A stretch of DNA of 37,987 nt from an uncultured Gammaproteobacteria bacterium (GTDB lineage: Bacteria > Patescibacteriota > Microgenomatia > Levybacterales > UBA12049), in contig CAYMDS010000002.1 of the NCBI GenBank assembly GCA_964389405.1, forward strand, positions 1 through 37,987, given 5' to 3'. The position numbers and the translations under genes are program-made. The notes under the pieces are model-generated. The model did not search any database. It worked only from the letters and a program-made list of their open reading frames with translations, and was not told where the DNA came from. Below, one piece after another: positions 19,353-28,953 of this stretch; position 1 is the first letter of the stretch; every line of letters begins with the position of its first letter.

Positions 19353-19440
19353 GCCCACATAGCTCAATGGAACGGACGAGCGAAGCGAGGAGTTCGCTTG
19401 CTTGACAAGCGTGGAAGAGCGCGGTATCACCCGCCTTCAT
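19353..19440 (+). ncRNA. GC-rich structured leader beginning with a tRNA 5'-half look-alike (not a complete tRNA)
   Basis: GCCCACATAGCTCAATGG mimics an acceptor strand plus the start of a D-arm. It is followed by a 10-bp bulged hairpin (19377-19404) and a second hairpin (about 19414-19438). There is no matching 3' acceptor strand or T-arm. My hand count gives 41 G+C out of 70 nt for 19371-19440, against about 28 percent just upstream. Confidence 0.3.
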
Positions 19441-19512
19441 GCCGATGTGGCTCAGTGGTAGAGCAATGCTTTCGTAAAGCATGGGTCGTGGGTTCGACTC
19501 CCACCATCGGCT
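19441..19512 (+). tRNA. tRNA-Thr (anticodon CGT)
   Basis: A full cloverleaf can be drawn by hand: acceptor GCCGATG/CATCGGC, D stem GCTC/GAGC, anticodon stem ATGCT/AGCAT with loop TTCGTAA, and T arm GTGGG-TTCGACT-CCCAC. The discriminator is T and no CCA is encoded. Confidence 0.93.
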
Positions 19513-19525
19513 CTTAATTTAAAAT

Positions 19526-20335
19526 ATGAATGCATCTAATACCGACAATCAAATAAAAGATTTATCATCTCCAATTGAAAATAATGCTCAAAAAGCAGAA
19601 AATGAAATTATGGAAAGGTCTCACTTAAAAAAATCACTAGATAAAAAGTCCAGAAGGTCACTTTTAATGACCTGCTTCGGCATTCTGCTTTTTCTCGTAA
19701 TTACGATCCTATTTGGGCAATCTATTTTAGTCAATTTCAGCATACTACTTGGTATGGGTAAGAGCTCGCAAAATATTACTGATTCTACGAATACTGATAC
19801 AGATATAGTCATACCGCCACCTGAATTAGATACACTACCCGATGCGACAAATAGCGCTAGAATTGACGTCAATGGGAATATCTATTATGAAGAAAAACTA
19901 CAAGTAAGACTTTTTCTGCAAGATGAACTCATAGATGTTATAGAAATTGATGGGAATGACTCATTCACGTTTAATGATATAACACTAAAAGATGGTCCTA
20001 ATAAGCTAAAGGCTGTCGCTGTTTTAAATGGAAAGAGAAGTGAAAACTCAAACATACTTAATATTAATTATCTAAAAGATAATCCTTCATTAACTATTGA
20101 ATACCCTGAAGATAATTCATCTTTTTCTGGAGGAAGTAATGCATTAGCTATAAAAGGTAAGACTGATTCTGGAAATAATATTTCGATAAACGGTTATACT
20201 GCTATAACTAAAAATGATGGCAGTTTCACCTACGATTTAACTTTGACAAGTGGAGAAAATAGAATAAAAGTTATTTCTACCGATAAAGCCGGAAATAAAA
20301 CAGAAAAAGAAATTAAGGTTAACTATTCTCCCTAA
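19526..20335 (+). CDS. Membrane-anchored surface protein with Ig-like beta domains
   Basis: The order is a charged N-terminus, one TM helix (LLMTCFGILLFLVITILFGQSIL), a Ser/Thr/Asp/Pro-rich linker, and two beta-rich repeats ending in GENRIKVISTDKAGNKTEKEIKVNY, which is typical of bacterial Ig-like domains. It starts 14 nt after tRNA-Thr. Confidence 0.5.
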   Translation: MNASNTDNQIKDLSSPIENNAQKAENEIMERSHLKKSLDKKSRRSLLMTCFGILLFLVITILFGQSILVNFSILLGMGKSSQNITDSTNTDTDIVIPPPELDTLPDATNSARIDVNGNIYYEEKLQVRLFLQDELIDVIEIDGNDSFTFNDITLKDGPNKLKAVAVLNGKRSENSNILNINYLKDNPSLTIEYPEDNSSFSGGSNALAIKGKTDSGNNISINGYTAITKNDGSFTYDLTLTSGENRIKVISTDKAGNKTEKEIKVNYSP

Positions 20336-20346
20336 TAGATAAGCGC

Positions 20347-21582
20347 CTAAGCCTTCTCCAGACTAGAATTATTTAAACCTATTAAGGTCCAGATCCAAAA
20401 CATGATACTTGGATAAAAAAGTGCATTTATAAAAAAAGAGTTCGCAAATAAACCAAAAATAGACGCAATTATAAGAATAGATAGGTTTTTTTCTAAGGTT
20501 TTTCCTTTAATCCTTTTGTATTTAATATAATTATTTTTTAAAACCACAAACCACATATAGATATAAATGCTAAATCCTATGATTCCAGTAGTTGCCAATA
20601 TAAAAAGAAAACTATTATCTGTTCCCGCAGCAGAATGTGAAGAGACCCAGGTTTTATCATCTGTAAAATTATATTTTCTTTGAATATACCTATAAGTATT
20701 AAATCCCACCCCTAATACAGGATTATCTTTTATCACCATTATGGCTTGACGTGCGGATTCTGTACGGGCAGAAATTGATGCCGTACGCCATAATTCAACT
20801 CCGGCACTTCCAAGATTTTTCGGAATCATAATTACTCCAATTACTAATAGAGAAAACAGTAATAATATAATTCTTTTGCTTTTTAACAGCCATAAGTTTG
20901 TAAACATACTTACCATAAACATCAAATAGCCTGATCTGGAGTAAGTAAATATCATAGCAATAAAGGACAATCCAAATAACATTATTAATAAATTTTTATA
21001 TTTGCTAGAGATGAGATTTCTAGTTTTAATAATAGTAAGCAGTAAAAGAAGGAATAAATTTATCTGTGTAGCAGCAAAATTAGGGTCAAGAAATGTAGAA
21101 AAAAGACGATATAAATGATCATCCCAACCAAGATAATATAAATTCCTAAGGTTAGGATAAAACAGGTACTGAATAAATCCAAATATGATAAATATCATTT
21201 GCGATAAAATTAGACATTTAATAATATTAACTTTAATCTTTGAAGAGAACGAATACACCATAAAAAAAACAGCACTATACATACCCCATCTTACTAAGTA
21301 AAAAGATGAGAATATCAACTCTGTGACCTGAAAATTTAAAATGCTTATTAGTAAAGATACTAAGCAAACTCCTATAAAAAGACCTATAGGAATAGTCATA
21401 CAATTTTTAAACAATTTTGTATCTCGTTTTATAAGTATTTCTTTAAATACCCATATAAATAAGGTAATGGTCAATAAAATATCGGTAACATTTAATACTA
21501 CCCCTGATCCGAAATCAATTCTTCCTATCTGTCCTAAAGAAAATGCAAAAATTAATAAATAAAATAAATATGTCACTATCAT
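20347..21582 (-). CDS. O-antigen ligase-like (Wzy_C domain) polytopic membrane protein
   Basis: It has about 10-12 TM helices, the YSRSGYL motif and a large periplasmic-type loop (GSAGVELWRTASISARTESARQA), as in the WaaL/PglL/Wzy_C family. Confidence 0.7.
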   Translation of the reverse strand: MIVTYLFYLLIFAFSLGQIGRIDFGSGVVLNVTDILLTITLFIWVFKEILIKRDTKLFKNCMTIPIGLFIGVCLVSLLISILNFQVTELIFSSFYLVRWGMYSAVFFMVYSFSSKIKVNIIKCLILSQMIFIIFGFIQYLFYPNLRNLYYLGWDDHLYRLFSTFLDPNFAATQINLFLLLLLTIIKTRNLISSKYKNLLIMLFGLSFIAMIFTYSRSGYLMFMVSMFTNLWLLKSKRIILLLFSLLVIGVIMIPKNLGSAGVELWRTASISARTESARQAIMVIKDNPVLGVGFNTYRYIQRKYNFTDDKTWVSSHSAAGTDNSFLFILATTGIIGFSIYIYMWFVVLKNNYIKYKRIKGKTLEKNLSILIIASIFGLFANSFFINALFYPSIMFWIWTLIGLNNSSLEKA

Positions 21583-21699
21583 AATTAAGATGTAAATATT
21601 CTATTAATTTTGTGTTACAAGAGAATAATAGAAATATTCACACACAACAAAGCAAGTAATATTATACGTGATGAATATACCTTATAGTTATTCATGAAA

Positions 21700-23328
21700 T
21701 TAGTACGAATGAAATTCTTTATTTTTGGTATAAACTGATACCCTTGTTAAGGGGTTGTTATATATAATTTTCCAGTTACTAAACCGCTTTGGTACCTCAG
21801 CGCTCTGGACCGCTACATAATTAAATCTATCTCCTTCTTTTACCCATGACGAATCAATGAAAGGAAAATTAACATAGTATAAATTATGAAATCCATATAA
21901 TAATACCTTATCAGATGAATTAATATTCTTTCTGAAATATCCATCTGTGTCATAAAAGTCACCAAATGAAAAATTTAAATTTTCTACTAGAAATTCGTCC
22001 CTAGATTTAATACCTAAAATTACAGGTAAATATTTACCATTAGCCATCCCCCTATATATAACAGATATACAAGAAATAACAATTACACATGATATAATTG
22101 CCGATTTTAATATTTTTTTATTTGTCGATAATGTTATCACTTCTCCAATCAGAATGCTAAAAGATGGTAAGTAAGGTACTATGAATCTTCCCCCACCTGT
22201 CCTTGGCGTAAAGTACCATATTATTAGGGCAAGAAACGAGTATATCCCAATTATTTTTATAGAGGATCTAAACTTCCTAAAATATAAAACGATTAATGGT
22301 AAACTGATAAGGTATATTGGCGATATAGGGTCGTCAGCAAATAAAAAAATAGTTATAAAATCATTAACTAACACTTCTAAAGAAAATAATCGGATTGGTG
22401 AATCAATATGATATGCTGTAAATACTGGATAAACTGGATTACCCGTATATTTAAAAGCGAACAAAAACCAAGGTAGCGCTGTAATTAATGAACTACAGAC
22501 AAATAAGATAATACTATCTATTAAATGTCTAATTTTTTTTAATTGACTGTATGAAATAAATGCAATTAGAGGTAGATAAAGCAAGAATGATCCCATACTA
22601 ATCAGCTTAGTAGAAATTGCAAGTCCAAACATAGTTCCACTAATTAATAACGATTTTCTTTCTCCCTTTTCTACCCATAACAAAAATGCCCACAGAGTCA
22701 AAAATTCATAAAAAGTTCTCGCTAGATCAATATAAGCTGTTATTGATTCCCATGAGACAACAAGATTAGAATAAAATATCAGTCCAACTAATAATGATAA
22801 CTTGTTAGAAAAGTATCTCCTGGAAAGGGTATATATTGCTAAAACACATAAAATACCAAAAGAATAATGTATAAATTTCGCAATTATTTCATTACCTAAA
22901 GACAAACCGACAAGGTAGAGCATTTCAGTTAGTTTTGGCATCGCAGAATAATATAATAAACCGCCAGGTATATAAAAAATTGAATGATGTGATAAATACA
23001 ATTTTGGAATTGTTAAATGGTACCATGTCGCATCGAATGCATACTCTGGTCCTAGTACACCAATAAAATTAATTACTACCAATGTTGTCAAAATAGATAA
23101 TATACCCCACGCATCTTTTACTTTATGTAAAATACTATTTTTAAGCTGATTTCTGCTAACTTTAGAAAATGTTTTCAAACTATTAAAGTAGAACTTTGAA
23201 CTATAAAGTATTATTAAAAAAAATGCAGAAGAAACGCTGATTATTAATGACTTATATAATAAATTAAGAATTCCTAACAAAAAAATAATATATGAAAAAA
23301 TACCAATCAGAATTCCTAGAGTAAACAT
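21700..23328 (-). CDS. GT-C fold membrane glycosyltransferase (GT39/PMT_2-like)
   Basis: It has a polytopic N-terminal region with an acidic first external loop (EYAFDATWYH) and a soluble C-terminal domain. This resembles ArnT/PMT-like proteins. Confidence 0.6.
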   Translation of the reverse strand: MFTLGILIGIFSYIIFLLGILNLLYKSLIISVSSAFFLIILYSSKFYFNSLKTFSKVSRNQLKNSILHKVKDAWGILSILTTLVVINFIGVLGPEYAFDATWYHLTIPKLYLSHHSIFYIPGGLLYYSAMPKLTEMLYLVGLSLGNEIIAKFIHYSFGILCVLAIYTLSRRYFSNKLSLLVGLIFYSNLVVSWESITAYIDLARTFYEFLTLWAFLLWVEKGERKSLLISGTMFGLAISTKLISMGSFLLYLPLIAFISYSQLKKIRHLIDSIILFVCSSLITALPWFLFAFKYTGNPVYPVFTAYHIDSPIRLFSLEVLVNDFITIFLFADDPISPIYLISLPLIVLYFRKFRSSIKIIGIYSFLALIIWYFTPRTGGGRFIVPYLPSFSILIGEVITLSTNKKILKSAIISCVIVISCISVIYRGMANGKYLPVILGIKSRDEFLVENLNFSFGDFYDTDGYFRKNINSSDKVLLYGFHNLYYVNFPFIDSSWVKEGDRFNYVAVQSAEVPKRFSNWKIIYNNPLTRVSVYTKNKEFHSY

Positions 23329-23416
23329 ATTCCTTCCCTACACAATAAATGGTGAACGTATAAAGAAACATTTATTAACATCCAAACAATAAATATATAA
23401 ATACATACAGCATTTT

Positions 23417-24532
23417 TCATTTTTTTATTTTTTTTATAGATAAATATTTTATTTGTATATACAAAAGAATAAATGTACCAAAAAATCCATGCGAAAGTAT
23501 AATTGGACCTAATAAATGTTTATCATACAAAGAAGGATTTTTAATATTAATTGTTACGAGCGAATACGAAATAATTAATAGAAAAAGATGTCTCAATCTG
23601 AGTTTTACAATATATAAAAAAAAGAATGGAATGATTAATAAAATTAAATGATGTTGCCAAGAGAAACTATTTATAATAACTGTCACTGTCAGAAAAATAG
23701 AGATACTACTATATATATCTGATTTTTTTTCAAAAACCTTTATAGATGTAAAAACAATAAAAACTACTCTTATAATAAACGAAATAAAATCTGGAATATT
23801 AACTCTTGCAAAAAAACCTGTAATCGACTGATTATAATATACACTATCTGCAGGTATGTAAATAAGTGGTAGTAAAATATTCTTTATATAATATACATAT
23901 ATGCTTTGACCGAAATATATCCACGAAACAAGAAAAATAACAAGCGTTATAGTAATCACTTGTTTGGCATAAGCATATTCACGACTTAGGATAAATCCAG
24001 TTAAGAGAATTATAGGAAAAAGTTTTAATAGGACTGCAACGCTCAAGAACAAACTTGAAACAAGCTTCTTTCTATAAAAGAAGTAGATGCTTAAAATTAA
24101 AACGCTAAGTAATATAAGATTAATTTGTCCCATACCAATTGTAAATTTAAATGGAAATGATACAACTGATGCGGTAAATAAGATAATTGATTTGTACCGA
24201 GATATATTTATCATTCTATTAAGAATTAATAGGCCCAGTAAAAAAGATATAACTGATAATGTTGTCCATAATCTTGAAGCAAACACAAGCGGCATCAATG
24301 AAAATGGTAAGGTAAAAAAGAAGGTAACAGGAGGATACGATGCTTGCGTAAATAAACGCTGGTCTGTATAAGGGTTCATATGATGTAAAGTAGATTGACC
24401 AGCATAATAAAAAATACTGAAATCAAGCAAATCATAATTCCATACGAGTATAACTGTTCTTAAGAGCGATATTATCCCAAAAGTAAGTAATGCACCAAAG
24501 AAGATATTTACTTTCCTTCCCATAATTTCCAT
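23417..24532 (-). CDS. DUF2029 / GT87-like membrane glycosyltransferase
   Basis: It is polytopic, and LLDFSIFYYAGQSTLHHMNPY matches the characteristic first-loop motif of DUF2029 mannosyltransferase-like proteins. ATG 24523 is an alternative start. Confidence 0.6.
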   Translation of the reverse strand: MEIMGRKVNIFFGALLTFGIISLLRTVILVWNYDLLDFSIFYYAGQSTLHHMNPYTDQRLFTQASYPPVTFFFTLPFSLMPLVFASRLWTTLSVISFLLGLLILNRMINISRYKSIILFTASVVSFPFKFTIGMGQINLILLSVLILSIYFFYRKKLVSSLFLSVAVLLKLFPIILLTGFILSREYAYAKQVITITLVIFLVSWIYFGQSIYVYYIKNILLPLIYIPADSVYYNQSITGFFARVNIPDFISFIIRVVFIVFTSIKVFEKKSDIYSSISIFLTVTVIINSFSWQHHLILLIIPFFFLYIVKLRLRHLFLLIISYSLVTINIKNPSLYDKHLLGPIILSHGFFGTFILLYIQIKYLSIKKIKK

Positions 24533-25263
24533 AATTTTCCTCTGACCAAAAATGAGTGAAAGCTCATAATTACAGCGACTATTAGGCCAGGTACCCCATC
24601 TAAGAAGCCTAGTTTTATAAAATAGTTATAGATAAATTTAAAAATAGGATAAGCAATTATATACTTTAAGCCTGACCTCTTTTTTTTTAAAAAAAGCTCA
24701 GAAGCGCGCAAATCAGTATAAAAACTAATTTCTTTAAGAAAAGTCTCTATATCGGGATGGGGGTTATGAATAAGATAATTCTTCATTTGGCTAATTTTCC
24801 CCTGCACCTTCCACTCTTCATGCACTCTTCCTATCCATTTCCCCCTGCTCTTCCTTGCGAGACGTAGGAGCTTAACACTACTTGGTTCACCAAATCTTAT
24901 TTTTTTACCCCACATACTATCTACTCTTCGTATGTAATAACCAGATATATTCTCCAAGGATGTATTGATGGCATTTGCGATCTCATATTGTAAAGACTCA
25001 GATATTATTTCATCAGCGTCTATGAAAAGCACCCACTCAAATCTAGCTTTATCTAAAGCAAAATTTCTTTGATTTGAAAAATTTTCCTGTAAGAGATGTG
25101 TAAATATTCTTATTTTTTTATTATTTAATCCTTCTACTAGCTTTAAGGTCTTATCAGTTGAATGGTCATCTATTATTATGATCTCATCGCACCAGTTAAG
25201 AGAATTGAGGCATTGTAGGATGTTATATTCTTCATTTTTAGTCAGCACCACCGCAGAAATCAT
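24508..25263 (-). CDS. Family 2 glycosyltransferase
   Basis: It has ISAVVLTKNEE...IIIIDDHSTDKT and the FIDADE (DxD) motif, with a C-terminal amphipathic/TM segment. Confidence 0.85.
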   Translation of the reverse strand: MISAVVLTKNEEYNILQCLNSLNWCDEIIIIDDHSTDKTLKLVEGLNNKKIRIFTHLLQENFSNQRNFALDKARFEWVLFIDADEIISESLQYEIANAINTSLENISGYYIRRVDSMWGKKIRFGEPSSVKLLRLARKSRGKWIGRVHEEWKVQGKISQMKNYLIHNPHPDIETFLKEISFYTDLRASELFLKKKRSGLKYIIAYPIFKFIYNYFIKLGFLDGVPGLIVAVIMSFHSFLVRGKLWKLWEGK

Positions 25264-25265
25264 AA

Positions 25266-26738
25266 TTATTTTTTAATATCTTTAATAACAGCTATGTCAC
25301 CCTTTTGAAAAACTACAACTGAATTTTTTTTAAAATTTGAGTTTTCGTAAATTGTGTAATTTATCTTATTATTTATACTTGGTTCGGCACTATATAACCA
25401 TAATAGATATTGGTAATTCTCGGCGTAATTTCCTTCGAATTGATCATATATACCTTTTCTGTGCAAATTAAATTTTTGATCCCTGACATCAGAGACGATT
25501 GCTTTGGCAATTTCTTTTTGGATTGAATAGGGTACGTAATAAGGTTTTTTAACGATTGATTCGCTAGGAATGTAATACCATTGATTAGAGAAATAATATC
25601 TAAAATTTAGTATAGAAATTATAAGGATAAATACAAAAATGGGAACTTTAATACGTTTATCTAGTAATAGCTGCTCTATTCCTATCGTAAAAATAATAAT
25701 AGGAGCAGTAAGTATAGGCAAGAAGTAATGAATAGGCGGTGATCCATGAACAAAAACAGCAATACATCCCCACAGAAACCAAAGCAATATAAAATTAAGA
25801 GAATAATTATTAGAGCTATGATTAATCAGACTTTTACAAAACCGTATAAAAATGATTAATAGCATCATTCCAATTAATATACTTATAATAGGATATAGGT
25901 TTACCAGAAAGCTTCGGGTTATAAACGTATAAATAGATTCAGAGTTCTCATAAATTATGCTAACGGAAAGGTTATTTTTAGGATATAATCCAAGAAATCC
26001 TGCAACTCTGTAAGGTATCCAAAGCAAAATACTCTTGGTCATAAATAAATTATGCTTTAAATCATAAATAAAAAAAGGCGACATAGTGATAAAAGATCCA
26101 AATAAAAATAGACAAATGTTATTTATATTTGGTTTATATCTCTTAAAAATAAATGAAGAAACCATAAATGGAACTAACATTAACGGCGTAAAATGAAAGC
26201 TAAACATTGCCCCAAACAACAGACCTAACTGCAAAAATAAATTCCTTTTTTTTTCCAATATTTCATACAAACAGTATAAAAACGGATATACTAGCAAGCT
26301 TACTATCGAAAAAAACCTGCCGAACCGGGAAAACTCTAAACATAAAGGAGAAATTGCAATTAAAAAACTTGAAAGCGTTGCAACTTTCTCGTTAAATAAT
26401 CTTTTTATTGTTAAAAAATTAAAAATTATCATAAATACTGAAACTACTGCTCCAAAATATGCGTGACTTAAAGGGTTGAAATTGCTAAAAACTAAAATTG
26501 GTCCGTATATCCAGTAATACAAAGGTCCGAAGTATAACCACGGATGAGAGGTTGGAGGTCCTAAAAGAGGTACCTGCTTTGTAATATATGCATTTTTAAT
26601 GGCAAGTAAGTTATGTCCCATTTCTCCCGAAAATATAAAATTTTGCTCAATTTTATAAAATCTTAGAAATAAACCAAGTAGAGTTATTATAAATATCAAC
26701 ATTTTTGAATTATTCAAATTAAATAGGATTTTATTCAT
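25266..26738 (-). CDS. GT-C fold membrane glycosyltransferase (ArnT/GT39/GT83-like)
   Basis: It is polytopic with 12 or more TM helices. The N-terminal pattern LGLFLRFYKI...GEMGH...LLGPPTSHPWLYFGPLYYW is typical of ArnT-like proteins, and a C-terminal soluble domain follows. Confidence 0.65.
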   Translation of the reverse strand: MNKILFNLNNSKMLIFIITLLGLFLRFYKIEQNFIFSGEMGHNLLAIKNAYITKQVPLLGPPTSHPWLYFGPLYYWIYGPILVFSNFNPLSHAYFGAVVSVFMIIFNFLTIKRLFNEKVATLSSFLIAISPLCLEFSRFGRFFSIVSLLVYPFLYCLYEILEKKRNLFLQLGLLFGAMFSFHFTPLMLVPFMVSSFIFKRYKPNINNICLFLFGSFITMSPFFIYDLKHNLFMTKSILLWIPYRVAGFLGLYPKNNLSVSIIYENSESIYTFITRSFLVNLYPIISILIGMMLLIIFIRFCKSLINHSSNNYSLNFILLWFLWGCIAVFVHGSPPIHYFLPILTAPIIIFTIGIEQLLLDKRIKVPIFVFILIISILNFRYYFSNQWYYIPSESIVKKPYYVPYSIQKEIAKAIVSDVRDQKFNLHRKGIYDQFEGNYAENYQYLLWLYSAEPSINNKINYTIYENSNFKKNSVVVFQKGDIAVIKDIKK

Positions 26739-27963
26739 TTTGAGCTGTATTAAATAATTTTAAAGTATAGTAAATAACTACGGGCATAGATACTAAAGTT
26801 CCTACAATAGCAGACAACCCGGCACCTATAATTCCCCACCTATATACAAAAGGTACGAGTGTAAATATCATCCCCATAAGACTAACTGCAGTGATGCGAG
26901 TTATAATTTCTTGTCTTTCCATACTATAAAACAATCCTATGGTTGTTCGAAGCATCGCCCTTATAACACCATAAACTATTAATACTCGAAGCACATTTCT
27001 AATTTCAATCCATTTATCTCCTAAAATTATAGTTATGAGCTCGGTCGGGAAAATAAAAAAAATAACTCCCACAGGCAAAACTAATAAGCTCACTGTTAAT
27101 AACGTCTTGGCGAATGCTTTTTTTAATCGCATTTTACTACCAGCAATTCTAACGTATATAGGAAAGGTGCTTTGATTAAATACATCAGAAATCTCCGTTA
27201 TAGGTAAAAGAGAAATACTATACGCCCTCATATATAAACCCAGTGATCCAGTTCCAAGCATTCTTCCAACGAATATATTGTCTAGATTTAAATAAAGATA
27301 GTCAAATATTCCGGAAAGCGTTAACCATTTTCCCTTACTGACCACTTTACTAAATTTTTTTTTATCAAACCTAAATTGCGGCAAAGGCATAGCATACCTA
27401 AAAGTCAGTAGCACTTCCCATAATGCCCCCAATATAAGCCCAAATATAATTCCCGATGGATTTTTAAAGATAATTACAAACAAAAGAGCAGCAAAAGTTT
27501 CAATAAGCGTAATACTCAATCTGTAATAAAACTGTTTTTTATAATCCAGTTCTTTAAGAAACTTAGCAACAGATGGGTTAATAAAACCTCTAATAAGTGG
27601 AACTATAGATATTAAAGTCAAAAAATCTCTAGACTCAGGAGAGTCAAAAAATACCGCAATAGCTGGCGCTGAAATTAATATAATAAAAGCTAATAAAAAA
27701 CCTCTTATTATAGAAACAACCCAGGCCGTGTTTATAAATTCGTCTATATCTTCTTTTTCCTGGATAAGAATTACATTGATTCCTGTTTCTGTAAATATTT
27801 CAACTAACGCTAAAATGATAATTGCTATATCTACTTGTCCAAATTGGGAAGGAGTTAATAATCTTGCAAGTACGATTAGCTTTATGAAAGTAAGACATCT
27901 AAAAAGTATCCTAAATATACCCAGCCATGAAATTCCTTTAATTGCATCTGTTGTGTAACCCAT
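26731..27963 (-). CDS. Wzx-like oligosaccharide/polysaccharide flippase (MOP superfamily)
   Basis: It has 12 or more TM helices and an N-terminal Polysacc_synt-like pattern (ISWLGIFRIL...LARLLTPSQFGQVDIA). It overlaps the downstream gene by 8 nt. Confidence 0.75.
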   Translation of the reverse strand: MGYTTDAIKGISWLGIFRILFRCLTFIKLIVLARLLTPSQFGQVDIAIIILALVEIFTETGINVILIQEKEDIDEFINTAWVVSIIRGFLLAFIILISAPAIAVFFDSPESRDFLTLISIVPLIRGFINPSVAKFLKELDYKKQFYYRLSITLIETFAALLFVIIFKNPSGIIFGLILGALWEVLLTFRYAMPLPQFRFDKKKFSKVVSKGKWLTLSGIFDYLYLNLDNIFVGRMLGTGSLGLYMRAYSISLLPITEISDVFNQSTFPIYVRIAGSKMRLKKAFAKTLLTVSLLVLPVGVIFFIFPTELITIILGDKWIEIRNVLRVLIVYGVIRAMLRTTIGLFYSMERQEIITRITAVSLMGMIFTLVPFVYRWGIIGAGLSAIVGTLVSMPVVIYYTLKLFNTAQNE

Positions 27964-27987
27964 ATAATTATAGCTATAAGCAATCAG

Positions 27988-28938
27988 CTATAGCCTATTT
28001 AATTTGCTAACTATTAGCTTTGGAACAGCGCTTAAACTTCCTAACATTACTGCTATATCTGAGGTTAATTGTAACAAAGGAAGGTATATAAAAGCTCGCA
28101 TATCATTGACATATTTATAATTTTTATATATAGACCAGAAGAAATAGGCAGAGAAAATAAAACATAGAGTATACAACATAAAGTATTCTGGATATATTAG
28201 ATAATATATAACTAGTGATATTCCTATAATATAACGTACGAAAATAATTATAACTTTCCCACGGAATAACCCGGCTTCGGCATCTCCATATGCAAATCTA
28301 TAAAACATAATAAAGGACTCTTGAATAGAATTTCGAGGAATCCAGTATACAATAGCACCTTTTTGGAACTTTATTTGTATTCCATTTTTTTTAAGTCTTT
28401 TTGCAAAATCATAATCTTCATTGTGAGAAAGCTTCTCATCAAAGCCTCCAACAATATCCCAAGCTTTCTTTCTAAATGCCATTGATCGGGATGCAGGGAG
28501 AAAAGTTCTGGGATTTATTTTATCTTCCATAACAAAAACATATGGTATCAAACATTTCTGAAAAACATTCCTAGAAAGGCTTTTATAGTAACCAGCTACT
28601 ACGCCCACTTCTGGATCTATAAAAGGTTTAATTATTTCTTTTATCCAATTTTTATCTAAAATACACCCTGCGTCAGAACACAAGATTATATCACCAGTAG
28701 CTTGCTTTATCGCTTCATTTCTCCCCACCGACCTATTTCCTTTTTTTATAATTACCTTAATCGGTAAAAAGCTATTATTTTTTTGTATTTTATTTATATT
28801 GGATACTGTTTTATCTGTACTGCCTCCGTCTACAATTATTACCTCAGTAGATAATTTAGTCTGTCTATGTATAGAGTCGAATAACTTATTGATCGTTTTT
28901 TCTTCATTAAGGACAGTAAATATAAGAGAGGTTTTCAT
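27988..28938 (-). CDS. Family 2 glycosyltransferase with C-terminal TM helices
   Basis: It has IFTVLNEEKTI...VIIVDGGSTDKT, the CSDAG (DxD-like) motif and NEDYDF, followed by two or three TM helices. Confidence 0.85.
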   Translation of the reverse strand: MKTSLIFTVLNEEKTINKLFDSIHRQTKLSTEVIIVDGGSTDKTVSNINKIQKNNSFLPIKVIIKKGNRSVGRNEAIKQATGDIILCSDAGCILDKNWIKEIIKPFIDPEVGVVAGYYKSLSRNVFQKCLIPYVFVMEDKINPRTFLPASRSMAFRKKAWDIVGGFDEKLSHNEDYDFAKRLKKNGIQIKFQKGAIVYWIPRNSIQESFIMFYRFAYGDAEAGLFRGKVIIIFVRYIIGISLVIYYLIYPEYFMLYTLCFIFSAYFFWSIYKNYKYVNDMRAFIYLPLLQLTSDIAVMLGSLSAVPKLIVSKLNRL

Positions 28939-28953
28939 AACTATATTCAGATT

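Noticed and set aside
19353-19440. A possible complete extra tRNA, or an intron-containing or long-variable-arm tRNA, upstream of tRNA-Thr.
   Set aside because: Only the first 18 nt or so look tRNA-like. The candidate anticodon loop AGGAGTT lacks the conserved T33. There is no TTCGA-type T-loop and no 3' strand complementary to GCCCACA. I kept it only as a tRNA-like fragment or structured leader.
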